A DNA stretch of 64,000 bases, taken from contig CAWELS010000050.1 in the NCBI GenBank assembly GCA_963809945.1, positions 54,471 through 118,470 of the forward strand, read 5' to 3'. Shown here piece after piece: positions 9,206 to 19,497 of the stretch. The notes beneath the pieces were generated by a model. It searched no databases. It saw only the letters and a program-made list of their open reading frames with translations, and had not been told where the DNA came from. The translations under genes were made by a program, and so were the position numbers. Numbering within the stretch: the stretch's first letter is position 1; each line of letters starts with the position of its first letter. This stretch comes from Bryobacterales bacterium. GTDB taxonomy: Bacteria; Acidobacteriota; Terriglobia; Bryobacterales; Bryobacteraceae.

Positions 9206-10468
9206 CTATGCGCGGGCTTCCATTCTGCGGATGAGGAAATAGAGGGCCACGACGGCCAGCAGAATGACGATGAGAGAAACACCTAGCCCGAGCCTTCTCA
9301 CATCGAGTTCATGGAGGGCGGCCTCACCGGCCTGGTGCGCCGTGGCAGCCACTTTCAGGCCCGGGTCGACAGCCGCCTCCACCGCTGGGGGCGAAAACGC
9401 GTGGACGGCTACGCGAGCTTCGATCAGCTTACTGTGAGCGTCCTTAAGATTGAACAAAGGGTCGCTCACTTCCATTCCGTCGCCTTCAGCCTTCTGCAGC
9501 AACTGTTCCGCCTGGTTGATCTGGCCGGAGAGATCGTCGATGGAAGCTCGCATCTTCTCGGCGGCCTGATAGCCGGCGTCACCCGAGGAGTGGCACTGGG
9601 TGCAGACAGCCTCATCAGAGACGCCAAGCATGCTGTCGCTGGTGGGTTCGATCTGGTGATTGCTGTGACAGGTGACGCATCCTGCGAGGTCCATCGCCGA
9701 GAAGGCGGCCGCGTGCGGGCTACTATCGAACAGGTCGGACTGTCGCACATGGCAGGTTCCGCAAACGTTGGCGACCGAGTCCACGCCGGGCGGTACGGCG
9801 CCGTGGTTTCCATGGCAATCATTGCAGGTCGGCGCCGAGAGGTCGTTCTTGTTCAGCAACTCATCCGCATGTACGCTATGGGACCATTTCTCCACCTGGT
9901 CGGTCGGAATGGAGTATGGCTTCATGTATTCGGCATTGGCGTGGCACTTTCCGCAGGTTTCCGCCACGTGTGTCGGGTAGACCGGCGCCGTGGGCTCGGA
10001 AACCGCCAGTATGCCGTGGTGGCCGTGGCAACTGATGCAGGTGGCGACCTTGTCGTCGCCCTTGCGGAGCAACTGACCGTGGACGCTCGTGTGGTATTCG
10101 GCTTCCTGATCGACCCGCAAGGAAGGATCGAACTGCTTCATGAACGCCGGATCACTGTGGCATCGTCCACAGAACTGGGGAATCTGCTGGTGCGTCGGCG
10201 TACCGATGAAACCGATGGCCGGATTCATGGCCTTGCTGGGGTCGGTCTGGGTGGAATCGCCGCCATGACAATCGGTGCACCACAAGCTGTGCTGTCTGTG
10301 GACGCTGTTTTGCTCAGCGGTCACGGGCGCCGCAAAATCACCGCCCATCGATGAATGACAAGAGACACAGGTGCCTCCTCCGGCCCCGGCTGACGCGGTC
10401 CCGGCCGGTTGGGCGGCCGCCCAGGAGGCGGCCAGCATTACCACGAAAAGCGCCCGGAACCCCTGCAT
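9206..10468 (-). CDS. Membrane-anchored nine-haem c-type cytochrome
   Basis: Signal peptide. Nine CxxCH motifs: CVSCH, CTDCH, CGRCH, CISCH, CGKCH, CNDCH, CGTCH, CVTCH, CTQCH. Helical or coiled C-terminal region and a terminal TM helix (LGVSLIVILLAVVALYFLI). AGGAGAG lies before the ATG, 13 nt after the cytochrome b stop. Confidence 0.85.
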   Translation of the reverse strand: MQGFRALFVVMLAASWAAAQPAGTASAGAGGGTCVSCHSSMGGDFAAPVTAEQNSVHRQHSLWCTDCHGGDSTQTDPSKAMNPAIGFIGTPTHQQIPQFCGRCHSDPAFMKQFDPSLRVDQEAEYHTSVHGQLLRKGDDKVATCISCHGHHGILAVSEPTAPVYPTHVAETCGKCHANAEYMKPYSIPTDQVEKWSHSVHADELLNKNDLSAPTCNDCHGNHGAVPPGVDSVANVCGTCHVRQSDLFDSSPHAAAFSAMDLAGCVTCHSNHQIEPTSDSMLGVSDEAVCTQCHSSGDAGYQAAEKMRASIDDLSGQINQAEQLLQKAEGDGMEVSDPLFNLKDAHSKLIEARVAVHAFSPPAVEAAVDPGLKVAATAHQAGEAALHELDVRRLGLGVSLIVILLAVVALYFLIRRMEARA

Positions 10469-10481
10469 GCTCGATACTCTC

Positions 10482-11564
10482 CTAAACGACGTATCCCCAA
10501 ATCGTCATCACCGCGATGTAGATCACCGCGACGACCCCGATGATGGTGAACAGGCGTCCGACTTTCCCTCCATGCTCACCGCCGCGGTCCAGGAAAGGCA
10601 CGGATACCCACCACAGTCCCGCCAGGCCGAACGCGAAGACCCCGATCACGTCACCGTCCACGAAGCCGATCTTGGCGGGAATGAACTTCAACGTCTGGAA
10701 CATGAAGACGAAGAACCACTCAGGCCGGATACCCGCCGGAGCCGACGCGAACGGATCGGCTTTCTGTCCCAGCTCCCACGGGAAGATAGCGGCCAACGCC
10801 GCGAGGATGCCCAGCGCCACCAGCCATCCCATGGCGTCGCGCAGAGCGAAGTTCGGCACGAACTTTCTCTGTTTGACGTCGGCCTTCCGGACGCCGGGGG
10901 GAAGGCTCATGCCGTGCCACTGCACCAGCCAGAGGTGGATGCCGAGGACCATGGTGACCATGGCGGGCAACACCGCGACGTGAAAGCCGAAGAAGCGGGT
11001 CAACGTGGCTCCGGTGACATCGGGTCCGCCCCGGAGGAAGCGTACCAGGAAGGGCCCGATCACCGGAGTCACCCCTGGGATCTCCGTCCCCACCCTGGTG
11101 GCGAAGAAAGATGTCGTGTTCCACGGCAACAGATAGCCACTGAAGCCGAAGCCCAGGGCGATGAAGAGCAGCAGCGAACCGGTGACCCACGTCATCTCCC
11201 GCGGCGGACGATAGGCCTTTAACAGGTAAACGCTGAACATGTGCACGAACATCATGGCGATCATGAGGTTGGCCGACCAACTGTGGATGGAACGGATCAG
11301 CCATCCGAAGTGCACGCCGGTCATGATGAACTGCACGCTCTCGAAAGCGTTCTCCGCGCTGGGCCGGTAGTAGAGCAGCAGCAGGATTCCCGTCACCACC
11401 TGCACGCCGAAGAGGAAGAGGGTCATTCCGCCGAGGTAGTACCAGACACTGTGGCGGTGCAGGGGGACTCGTTTCTCCTGCACGATGTGCCTCAGCGGTT
11501 CGGCACCCAGGCGGTCGTTGAGCCAAGCGACCACACCGTTTTCCTCGTGGCGTGGAGCGTTCAC
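10482..11564 (-). CDS. Cytochrome b, b6-like with fused subunit IV
   Basis: GTG start 3 nt after the Rieske stop. His pairs with b6-type spacing: SIHSW-x-FVHMF (13 residues between) and GFHVA-x-GIHLW (14 between). Qo-motif region reads [15 protein letters not shown]. Confidence 0.85.
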   Translation of the reverse strand: MNAPRHEENGVVAWLNDRLGAEPLRHIVQEKRVPLHRHSVWYYLGGMTLFLFGVQVVTGILLLLYYRPSAENAFESVQFIMTGVHFGWLIRSIHSWSANLMIAMMFVHMFSVYLLKAYRPPREMTWVTGSLLLFIALGFGFSGYLLPWNTTSFFATRVGTEIPGVTPVIGPFLVRFLRGGPDVTGATLTRFFGFHVAVLPAMVTMVLGIHLWLVQWHGMSLPPGVRKADVKQRKFVPNFALRDAMGWLVALGILAALAAIFPWELGQKADPFASAPAGIRPEWFFVFMFQTLKFIPAKIGFVDGDVIGVFAFGLAGLWWVSVPFLDRGGEHGGKVGRLFTIIGVVAVIYIAVMTIWGYVV

Positions 11565-11567
11565 CGG

Positions 11568-12014
11568 TTACCCTTTCGAAACAACAATGTCGTCTCCCCG
11601 CACATTGACGATGTAACTTGGCAGCGGACGCGGAGGTGGACCAGAGACGTTCTTTCCGTTCAGGTCGTAATGACCGTTGTGGCAGGCGCACCAGATCTGC
11701 TGCAGGTCCGAGCGGTATTGAACAGTGCAAGCCAGGTGAGTGCATACCGCAGAAAAGGCCCGAATCTCCCCTTGGGGAGTCTCGATCAGGATGCCCGGCT
11801 CCGAGCCGAAGCGAAAGACCAGTCCGGAGTTTGGCTTGAGGTCGCCGGTTTTGGCCGCCACGACGCTGGACTCCGTCGACTCGGGCACCTGTGGAGGGAT
11901 CAGATATTTCGCGATAGGGTACAGGACCGATACCGCGATGGCTCCGAGGCTCGTTCCCAACAGGTAGTCGATAAACCGGCGACGAATCGTCGGCTGCGGG
12001 TCTACTGCATCCAT
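11568..12014 (-). CDS. Rieske 2Fe-2S subunit
   Basis: Twin-arginine N-terminus (TIRRRFIDYL) and one TM helix. Cluster boxes CTHLAC and CACHNGH. Confidence 0.9.
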   Translation of the reverse strand: MDAVDPQPTIRRRFIDYLLGTSLGAIAVSVLYPIAKYLIPPQVPESTESSVVAAKTGDLKPNSGLVFRFGSEPGILIETPQGEIRAFSAVCTHLACTVQYRSDLQQIWCACHNGHYDLNGKNVSGPPPRPLPSYIVNVRGDDIVVSKG

Positions 12015-12116
12015 CTCATCCCCAAAGGTTGATCACTTGTACAGCCCGGCACACAAGTATACACCAGCTCGTCAACAGGAGAGGAACCTCCAGGTGCGGT
12101 GGCTACATGCGGATGC

Positions 12117-13913
12117 CTAGCTTTCACCCGTGCCATCCATGCTTGATGTCCGGTTGGCCGCCTGCATCAGCCGGGGCAGGAGAACCAGGCTGCCTCCGTA
12201 CAGCAGGAGCGAAGTGAACAGAGGCAACGCATTCCCCTGGCGCAGATCGCGCAACAGAAGCTTGGCGGCCGCGGTTGCCATCACGGGATAGACGAGCCAA
12301 ACCAGTTCGAACCTGCGCCACCTCCGGCCGCCCCAGGCCATCGCCACGGCAAGGATCGTCAACACGGCGGTACGAAAGGTCGGGCTGAAGGCCATGGTCT
12401 GGGCCGAACCGGCCAGGGCCGAACTGATCGCAATCAATGCGCCAGCCCCCAGACCGGCGACAATCCAGGCGCAGTTGGCGGCCAGCACCAGCAGGAGGAA
12501 GCGCTCGGTCCTCGACAGGTTCCCGGGGCGCGGACCGCGAAGGATTAGCCCGTAGCCGATGATGGAGGAAGCCGCGGCGATCCATGTCCCGAGTTCCGGG
12601 CGCACCCATTCGCTGCCCATCCCCAGAAGTTGTCTGGTAGCCCAGGCAGCGTACCCGGATACGGTTGCGACCACGAGAAGATACAGTGCGCCGTGCCACT
12701 TGAGGGTGATCCGTTCAGCCTGCGTGCCAATCCAGAGGCAGACCAGAGCCAGGATTGACCAGAACAGAACCAATACGGCATCCGAAGTCAGGATGCGGCC
12801 ACCGGCGAAGACCAGCAGCAAGCCGAAAGTCGAGTAAGTGTAGAAGTTCCTGTTTTTCTGTCCGCCACGGGAGAGGAAGGCAAAGGAAATCGTGTAGCAG
12901 GCGGCGCCGCCAGCCAGAGTACAGAATGAGACTGCACCGGTGACAGTAGGATTGCCGTGAGCCACGCCTAACACGCCACGCAGCGCCAGGAGAAGGACCG
13001 CGGCACACTGAATCGTCTCAAAAGCCGTGAACGTCAAACGGCGGAACAGCGTCCGGACGATGGTGCTGGACAGGTAGATCACCAGCAGGGCGATCTGGGC
13101 CGTCACCACGACTGCCGTCGAGAAGAAAACGTACCCTTCCGGGAGGCCACCCTCGCGGACGGTCACATACGTCATTAAGAAGACGGCGAAGTCCGCGATC
13201 AGGCCGACGATCCATCGCTCCCGCAACCAGTGGTCGAGACAGGCCGAGAACTCCACCATGGCGGCCATGGCGAGCAGGGCCAGCGTAAAGGGAGCCAGGT
13301 CGTGAATGGCGACGATCAGACCCGACGCCGTGATGATCCCGGCCAGGGTCGTGATCCAGGCTATGGCCGACAGGTCTTGCCGCCAGGAGATCGCCAGCCC
13401 GAAGCCGGAGAACAATACCAGAACTCCGGCCGCTACCGGAGAAGAAATCGCCTGAAAACGAACGATGGTCTCCCAGAGAAGCGGCACCAGGATCAAGACC
13501 GATGTCACTCCGTACACCGCGGCCGCGAGGCGCCGTCCCGCGCCGGCCCGGGCGGCGAGGACGAGCCAAAACAGCGCGTATAAGATCCCCGCGGCGGCGC
13601 CGGCCGTCAGGGGAAACGCCCCCGATTCGGTCAGCGCCCGGAGAAGATAGGCGCCCGCGATACCGAGCAATCCTTTGCCGAAAACGGGCAGGGCTGTCGC
13701 GGCATCGAGCGTAGGCCGGGGTGAGCCGGGTGCCGGCGGGGAGAGCGGGGAGAGTTCCGGCGCGGGACTCGATTCAGTCATCGAGCCAGCGATACGCCCC
13801 TCCAGAGAGCGAACCCTCTGTTGCAGATCCCGGATCTGCCGGGTCATTTCTTCAGGAGTGAACGGGCTGGGATCAGACCGGTTGTCCAGCGCGTCCCAGT
13901 CAGAGTCGGCCAT
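12117..13913 (-). CDS. Polytopic membrane protein, DUF2339-like
   Basis: 598 aa. Cytoplasmic coiled N-terminus (EEMTRQIRDLQQRVRSLEGRIAG), Pro-rich linker, then more than 15 predicted TM helices. The family assignment is from memory of that architecture only. Confidence 0.5.
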   Translation of the reverse strand: MADSDWDALDNRSDPSPFTPEEMTRQIRDLQQRVRSLEGRIAGSMTESSPAPELSPLSPPAPGSPRPTLDAATALPVFGKGLLGIAGAYLLRALTESGAFPLTAGAAAGILYALFWLVLAARAGAGRRLAAAVYGVTSVLILVPLLWETIVRFQAISSPVAAGVLVLFSGFGLAISWRQDLSAIAWITTLAGIITASGLIVAIHDLAPFTLALLAMAAMVEFSACLDHWLRERWIVGLIADFAVFLMTYVTVREGGLPEGYVFFSTAVVVTAQIALLVIYLSSTIVRTLFRRLTFTAFETIQCAAVLLLALRGVLGVAHGNPTVTGAVSFCTLAGGAACYTISFAFLSRGGQKNRNFYTYSTFGLLLVFAGGRILTSDAVLVLFWSILALVCLWIGTQAERITLKWHGALYLLVVATVSGYAAWATRQLLGMGSEWVRPELGTWIAAASSIIGYGLILRGPRPGNLSRTERFLLLVLAANCAWIVAGLGAGALIAISSALAGSAQTMAFSPTFRTAVLTILAVAMAWGGRRWRRFELVWLVYPVMATAAAKLLLRDLRQGNALPLFTSLLLYGGSLVLLPRLMQAANRTSSMDGTGES

Positions 13914-14119
13914 ACTTCGCCCTCTGAGTCACGATTCTCAACCCGCCGCCGAGGCCCTTGCCCTGGACGGTCGAGTTTTCTCCGCCCCCTAGTCTACCTG
14001 TTTCTTCCTTGTCCAACACCTTCAAACGGCGCTGGATTTCGCACAGCCTCCGCGATGAAGAGCCGGTGAAGAAGGCGCCTCGACTACGGCTCTTGCGCTA
14101 ATGCGATCAAATAGTTTCC

Positions 14120-14851
14120 ATGACCGAGCCGGCCGGCCGCCGCGAGTTTGCCACCACGCACTGGAGCCTGGTGATCGCGGCGCGTCCTGGCGAGGCGAGC
14201 GAGACGCGTGCCCGGAGGGCGCTCGAGGAGCTTTGCCGGGCTTACTGGTATCCGCTCTACGCCTTCGTGCGCTACCGCGGCTATTCGTCCGACGATGCCC
14301 AGGACCTGACGCAGGCCTTTTTCGCCGCATCATCGAAACGGGCGGGTTCGCGTCCGCCGACCCGGGCGCGGGCGGTTTCGATCGTACCTGCTCGGCGCGA
14401 TGAAGCATTTCCTGGCCAATGAATGGCATCGGGCGCAGGCGCAAAAGCGCGGCGGCGGAGTGCAGGTTCATCGAATGGGACGCGCTCGATCCGGAGGCCC
14501 GCTACGCCGGCGCGCCGAAGGAGCCGGAGAGTCCGGAGCATGTCTTCGATCGCGAATGGGCGCTCGAAACCGTGGCGGCGGCGCTGCGGACGCTGCGGGC
14601 GGAGATGGCGAAGGCCGGAAAGAGTGAGCAGTTCGAGGTGCTCAAGGGCTGCTGACGGGCGAGGACGAGCTGCCCCGCGAGGAAATCGCCGCGCGGCTGG
14701 GATGAGCGAGGGCGCGGTCAAGGTGGCCGTCCACCGGCTGCGGCAACGCTACCGCAAGCTGCTGCGGGACGGGATCGCGGAGACGGTCGGCGATGAAGCG
14801 GATCTGGACGACGAGATGCGCTATCTGGTCGCGGTTTTGAGAAAGACGTGA
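14120..14851 (+). pseudogene. ECF-type sigma-70 factor (kinase-associated type), multiple frameshifts
   Basis: REFATTHWSLVIAA...ALEELCRAYWYPLYAFVRYRGYSSDDAQDLTQAFF (frame of 14120); RIIETGGFASADPGAGGF and MKHFLANEWHRAQAQKRGGG (other frames); FIEWDALDPEARYA...EQFEVLKG; and region 4 MSEGAVKVAVHRLRQRYRKLLRDGI. The fragments lie in ORFs 14120-14422, 14101-14403, 14400-14627, 14419-14655 and 14423-14851. Confidence 0.75.
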
Positions 14852-14916
14852 ATTGCTGTAACCTCCGGGCCGGTTTCCTTCAGGAAGAGGTGGATGAACC
14901 CGATAGGAGATGGATC

Positions 14917-17587
14917 ATGAACACTTCTGAGAAAGACAACGTGCCGGCGCTGCGGGGCGGCGATTCCCGCGGCAACGACCGGGCAGCCTCTGCCCCGCCT
15001 GCCTGCTGTCGGGCGCCCTGGAGCCGGACAGACGAGCCGCACGGCGACCATCACGGTGGCGATGGCCGCGCCGGCAGCTCCGGGTGGCCCGTCGGAGTTC
15101 CCTTGTGAGTTCGGCGGCTACCGGCTGCTGGGATTGCTGGGACGCGGCGGCATGGGCACGGTGTACGAGGCCGAGGAAACTGGCCACCGGCCGCCGGGTG
15201 GCGCTTGAAGATGCTCGGGCAGCAGCTCGATTCGCCGGAGATGCGGCAGCGGTTTCTCCGCGAAGGCCGTCTGGCGGCGCGCGTCAGCCATCCGAACAGC
15301 CTCTACATTTTCGGCAGCGAGGAGATCGAGGGCCTCCCGGTGATCACGATGGAGATCGCCGGCGGCGGCACGCTCAAGGACAAGCTCAAGAAACGCGGCC
15401 CGCTGCCGGTGGCCGAGGCGGTGGACGCGATTCTCGACGTCATCGCCGGCCTGGAATCGGCCTTCGCGAACGGCGTGCTGCACCGCGACATCAAGCCCTC
15501 CAACTGCTTCGTCGCGCCGGACGGTTCGGTGAAGGTCGGCGATTTCGGCCTTTCCGTCTCCACCCTGGCGAAGACCGACACCTTCGTCACGGCCCACGGG
15601 AAGATCATGGGCACGCCGGCGTACGCGTCGCCGGAACAGTTGCGCGGCGACACATTGGACGTGCGCGCCGACATCTACTCGGTCGGGGCGACGCTGTTCA
15701 CCCTGCTCACCGACCGGGCGCCTTTCGAGGGGGACAACGCGGTGCAGGTGGTCGCCAACGCCGTCAACCAGGAACCGCCGGTCGCTGAGCGAACTGCGGA
15801 AAGACGTGCCGCCGGCCTGGCGCGGGTGGTGGCCCGCTGCCTCGCCAAGGAACCGGACGGGCGCTACGCCGACTACGCCGCGCTGCGCAACGCGCTGCTG
15901 CCCTTCAGTTCCAGGGAACCGGAGCCGGCGTCGATGAAGGTCCGGGCGTCGGCCGGCTGGATCGATTACTTGATCGCCTTCTTGCCCGCCTATGTGACTT
16001 TGATGTTCCTGGTGGGCGCGGAGGAGTTGCTGTTTCGGCCCGTTGTCGAACGCACTCCTGTACTCCGCCAGATACTACTTCCTTCTCTTCGGCGTCGGCT
16101 TCCTCTACTTCAGCGATCTTCGAGGGGATCTGGGGCGCCGGGCTCGGCAAGTGGCTCAAGGGGCTGCAGGTGGTTCGGCGCAGACGGCCGCCGGCCAGGC
16201 GTCGGCCGGGCCTTCCTGCGGATCTTCATTCCCATTCTGTCGGTTGAAGGCGTCCGGATGCCCCTCATCGATGGCGCTGTTTGCCGACACCGATTGGACC
16301 GTGTTTCAGATCGTGATGTTTATCGTCATTGCCAACGTCTGCGCCTGGATCCCGGTCCTGTTGACGTTGGGAGCGCGCCGGGAGAACGGTTATGCCACCG
16401 TTTGGGACCGCGTCAGCGGGACCAGGGTGATCGTGAAGCCGAAGGGCACCGAGCGGCCGACGGTCGAACCGGTAGCTCAGCCGGAGAGTCCCGCCGACGG
16501 CGAGCATTCGCTCGGGCCCTACCAGATCATCCAGGAGATTGTTCCGGGGAAGTGGATCGTCGGCATGCGATCCGGTGCTGCGCCGCCCGGTCTGGCTGCT
16601 GCGGCGGGATGCGACCGGGGCCTTCTCCGCGCTCGGCAGAGGTGTCGCGCGGCCCGGCCGGCTGCGCTGGCTGCAGAAGGTGGACGTCGGGCGAGGCCAC
16701 CTGGGATGTCTTCGAGGCCGCTCCGGGAGCGCCGTTTCCGCTTCCTGGCCGGCAACGGCAAGCAGGTGCCCTGGTCGGCTCTGCGCCACTGGCTCCATGA
16801 CCTCGCCTCGGAGCTTTGGGCCGCGGCGGGAGATCAAACCCTGCCCACGGAACTGAGCCTGGACCAGGTCTGGATCACGGCGGACGGGCGAGCCGTCCTG
16901 CTCGACGAACCGTGGCCCCATGAGAGCACGCCGGCCGAGCCGCTTCCAGTGGGCGACGTCGCCGGGCAGCAGCGCTTCCTGAATGCGGTCGCGGCTTGCG
17001 TTGAATCGACCGGTCTGCCGCTCCACGCCCGGCCGGTGTTGCAGAACCTGGAGGGCGGGAAGTTCGAGAAGCTCAGCTTCCTCACGGGCACGCTACGCGG
17101 ACTGCTGGACCGGCCGGCGGAGGTCGGCAGGGGGATTCGGGCGGGCTCGGTCTTCATGCTGACGTCCTACATCTGGATCGCCGTCTTTGTCGGCTACTAC
17201 CCTGACAAGCCATGGACCGGGTCCATGATCGGGAGCGTTCTAAGGACCACGCTGGTGGTATTGGCCGTGGTCGCGCTGGCCCGGCTACTGGCGGTTCTGT
17301 TCCGGAGTTCCATCGACCACGCTATCTTTCGGCTGGCGGTTGTCGACGCCCGGGGAAAACCGGCCGGGCGGGGGCGACTGCTCGTTCGCTGGGCCATTGT
17401 CTGGCTGCCGTTATTTGTTCCCATCCTGTTCCTGCCCGTGCTCACGGGCGGAGCAGATAGCACCGCGTTCTTCGTTTCCGCGCTCGTGTTGCTCATCCTA
17501 TGGATTGGTGCGGCGGCCTACGCCGTCGTTCATCCTCATCGCGGATTGCAGGACCGGCTGGCGAGCACCTGGGTGGTGCGCCGCTAA
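14917..17587 (+). pseudogene. Hanks-type Ser/Thr protein kinase with two C-terminal RDD-like membrane modules, many frameshifts
   Basis: N-terminal CRRCG...LCPACLLSGAL. Kinase motifs GRGGMGTVYEAEE, VALKML, HRDIKPSNCF, DFGLS, GTPAYASPEQ. RDD-like ends ...WDRVSGTRVIVK and ...HRGLQDRLASTWVVRR. The fragments lie in ORFs 14848-15108, 15084-15788, 15205-16800, 16539-16856 and 16043-17587. Confidence 0.8.
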
Positions 17588-17637
17588 CCGCTCGTAATCC
17601 GACTACAGATCTCAAGTCAGTTAGTGGAGGAATTACT

Positions 17638-19398
17638 ATGTCCGTGACAATAGGAGACTTGCGTCACCACGATTTTACTGATCCGCGGCGGCACGATCTC
17701 GACGCATTGCGTGCGTTCGCCATGCTGCTGGGGATCGTTCTTCACGGTGCGATGTCGTTCATCGTGATTCCCTGGGCGGTGCAGGACCGCTTCCAGGCAC
17801 CGGAATACGGCCTGCTCGTGGCGGCGATCCACGGCTTTCGCATGCCGCTGTTCTTTCTCCTGAGCGGTTTCTTCACGGCGATGCTGTGGCGGCGACGCGG
17901 GCTCGGCGGACTGCTGCGGCACCGCGCCAAACGGATCGCGCTGCCGCTGGTGCTGGCCATGGTGACGGTGATTCCCACGATGTGGGGGGTCTGGACGTGG
18001 GCCGCCGGAACCGCGACCCAGTCCGCCGATGCCGGGGCCCGGACCACCGATACCGGCAAGGACATCTGGACCGCGGCCGCCTACGGCAACCTCGACGCGG
18101 TTCGCGCGCACGTCGCGAGCGGCGTTCCGCTCGACGCCACCGAGCCGCTCTATGGGCAGAGTCCGCTGGCGTGGGCCGTCATCGGTGGCCAGCAGGAGGT
18201 GGTCGACTACCTGCTCGAAGCCGGCGCCGATCCGAACGCCCGGACCCGGGATGAGAACACGGCGCTCCATACGGCGGCCTTCTTCGGACGGGCCGAGGCG
18301 GCGGTGCGGCTGCTCGAGGCGGGCGCCGCGGTGAGGGCGAGGAACGTGCAAGGGGAGACACCGCTGGACTCCCTGCGGCATGACCAGGGCACGACGCAAT
18401 ACATCGCCGGTCTGCTTCAGGTGCCGATCGACTTCGATGCGGTCACCGCCGGCCGGGATCGCATTCGGCCGATGCTGGAGGCGCACGACGCGGTCTCCGG
18501 ACAGGACCTGCCGCCGGAGGAGCCGGCCGGATCGCCGGACGGCGGGCGCCTGCGGGCGGTGCTCCATGGGTTGATGAACGGCGACTGGTTCATGCACCTG
18601 TGGTTCCTCTGGTTCCTGTGCTGGCTGGTGGCGGGCTTTGCACTGGTGACGGTGATATCGGGTTGGCTGCCGCGCCTGCCGATTCCGAGGATCCTGGTCG
18701 CGACGCCGTTGTGTCTGCTGTGGCTGGTGCCGCTGACGATGGTCACCCAGGGGTTCATGAGCTCCGGCGGCGCGGTGCCCGGCTTCGGCGCCGACACTTC
18801 TTCCGGCCTGGTCCCGGTGCCCCACGTACTGGCGCACTACGCGATCTTTTTCGGTTTCGGGGCGCTGCTGTACGCCAGTGCCGGTGCGACGGACCGGCTG
18901 GGACGCGGTTGGCGGATCCAGTTGCCGCTGGCGCTGCTGGTGCTGCCCTCGGCGCTGGGCTTCGCGCTCCAGTACCCCTGGGCGCGCGAGCTGGCCGGCG
19001 ATGAATCCACCCGGCGTCTGCTCGCCAACTTCGGCCAGGTGCTGTATACGTGGCTCATGGTGTTCGGGCTGATCGGGCTGTTCGAGGCGATCCTCAACCG
19101 GGAGCGTCCGCGGGTCCGGTATGTTTCGGATTCCTCGTACTGGCTGTACCTGGTGCATCTGCCGCTGATCATCGTCGGGCAGGCGCTGCTGCGGGATGTG
19201 AACCTGCCGGCGGGAATCAAGTTAGTTCTGCTGGTTACCGTGGTTAGCGCGATCCTGTTGGTCAGCTATAAGTATTTTGTCCGGTACACGGCGATCGGGC
19301 GGCTGTTGAATGGGCCGCGGGTGCGTAGTGGAACAGCGGGTAGTGGCGATCTCGGGGCCGGCGAAACCGCCTGCCTCACCTCCGATGGACTTGTATAA
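17638..19398 (+). CDS. Acyltransferase family 3 (OpgC-like) membrane protein with an inserted ankyrin-repeat module
   Basis: GGAGG 7 nt before the ATG. AT3 hallmarks LDALRAFAMLLGIVLHG, FRMPLFFLLSGFF, MHLWFLWFL, SYWLYLVHLPLI. Ankyrin repeats at about aa 141-250 (DIWTAAAYGNLDAVRAHVASGVPLDA, SPLAWAVIGGQQEVVDYLLEAGADPNA, TALHTAAFFGRAEAAVRLLEAGAAVRA). Confidence 0.8.
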   Translation: MSVTIGDLRHHDFTDPRRHDLDALRAFAMLLGIVLHGAMSFIVIPWAVQDRFQAPEYGLLVAAIHGFRMPLFFLLSGFFTAMLWRRRGLGGLLRHRAKRIALPLVLAMVTVIPTMWGVWTWAAGTATQSADAGARTTDTGKDIWTAAAYGNLDAVRAHVASGVPLDATEPLYGQSPLAWAVIGGQQEVVDYLLEAGADPNARTRDENTALHTAAFFGRAEAAVRLLEAGAAVRARNVQGETPLDSLRHDQGTTQYIAGLLQVPIDFDAVTAGRDRIRPMLEAHDAVSGQDLPPEEPAGSPDGGRLRAVLHGLMNGDWFMHLWFLWFLCWLVAGFALVTVISGWLPRLPIPRILVATPLCLLWLVPLTMVTQGFMSSGGAVPGFGADTSSGLVPVPHVLAHYAIFFGFGALLYASAGATDRLGRGWRIQLPLALLVLPSALGFALQYPWARELAGDESTRRLLANFGQVLYTWLMVFGLIGLFEAILNRERPRVRYVSDSSYWLYLVHLPLIIVGQALLRDVNLPAGIKLVLLVTVVSAILLVSYKYFVRYTAIGRLLNGPRVRSGTAGSGDLGAGETACLTSDGLV

Positions 19399-19497
19399 TA
19401 AACCTGCCTGTGCTGGTGCGGCGTGATGAACGGCGGGCCGCGGGTGCAGACGCCACGGCAGGCGGAACCGCTTGCTCCACAACCTCGGGAGTGTCGC

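Noticed and set aside
12055-12074. Sigma-70 promoter TTGACG / TATACT (minus strand) upstream of the Rieske operon
   Set aside because: The two hexamers are only 8 nt apart, so they cannot be a -35/-10 pair. TATACT may still be a -10 element, but I found no matching -35, so it is not listed as a feature.
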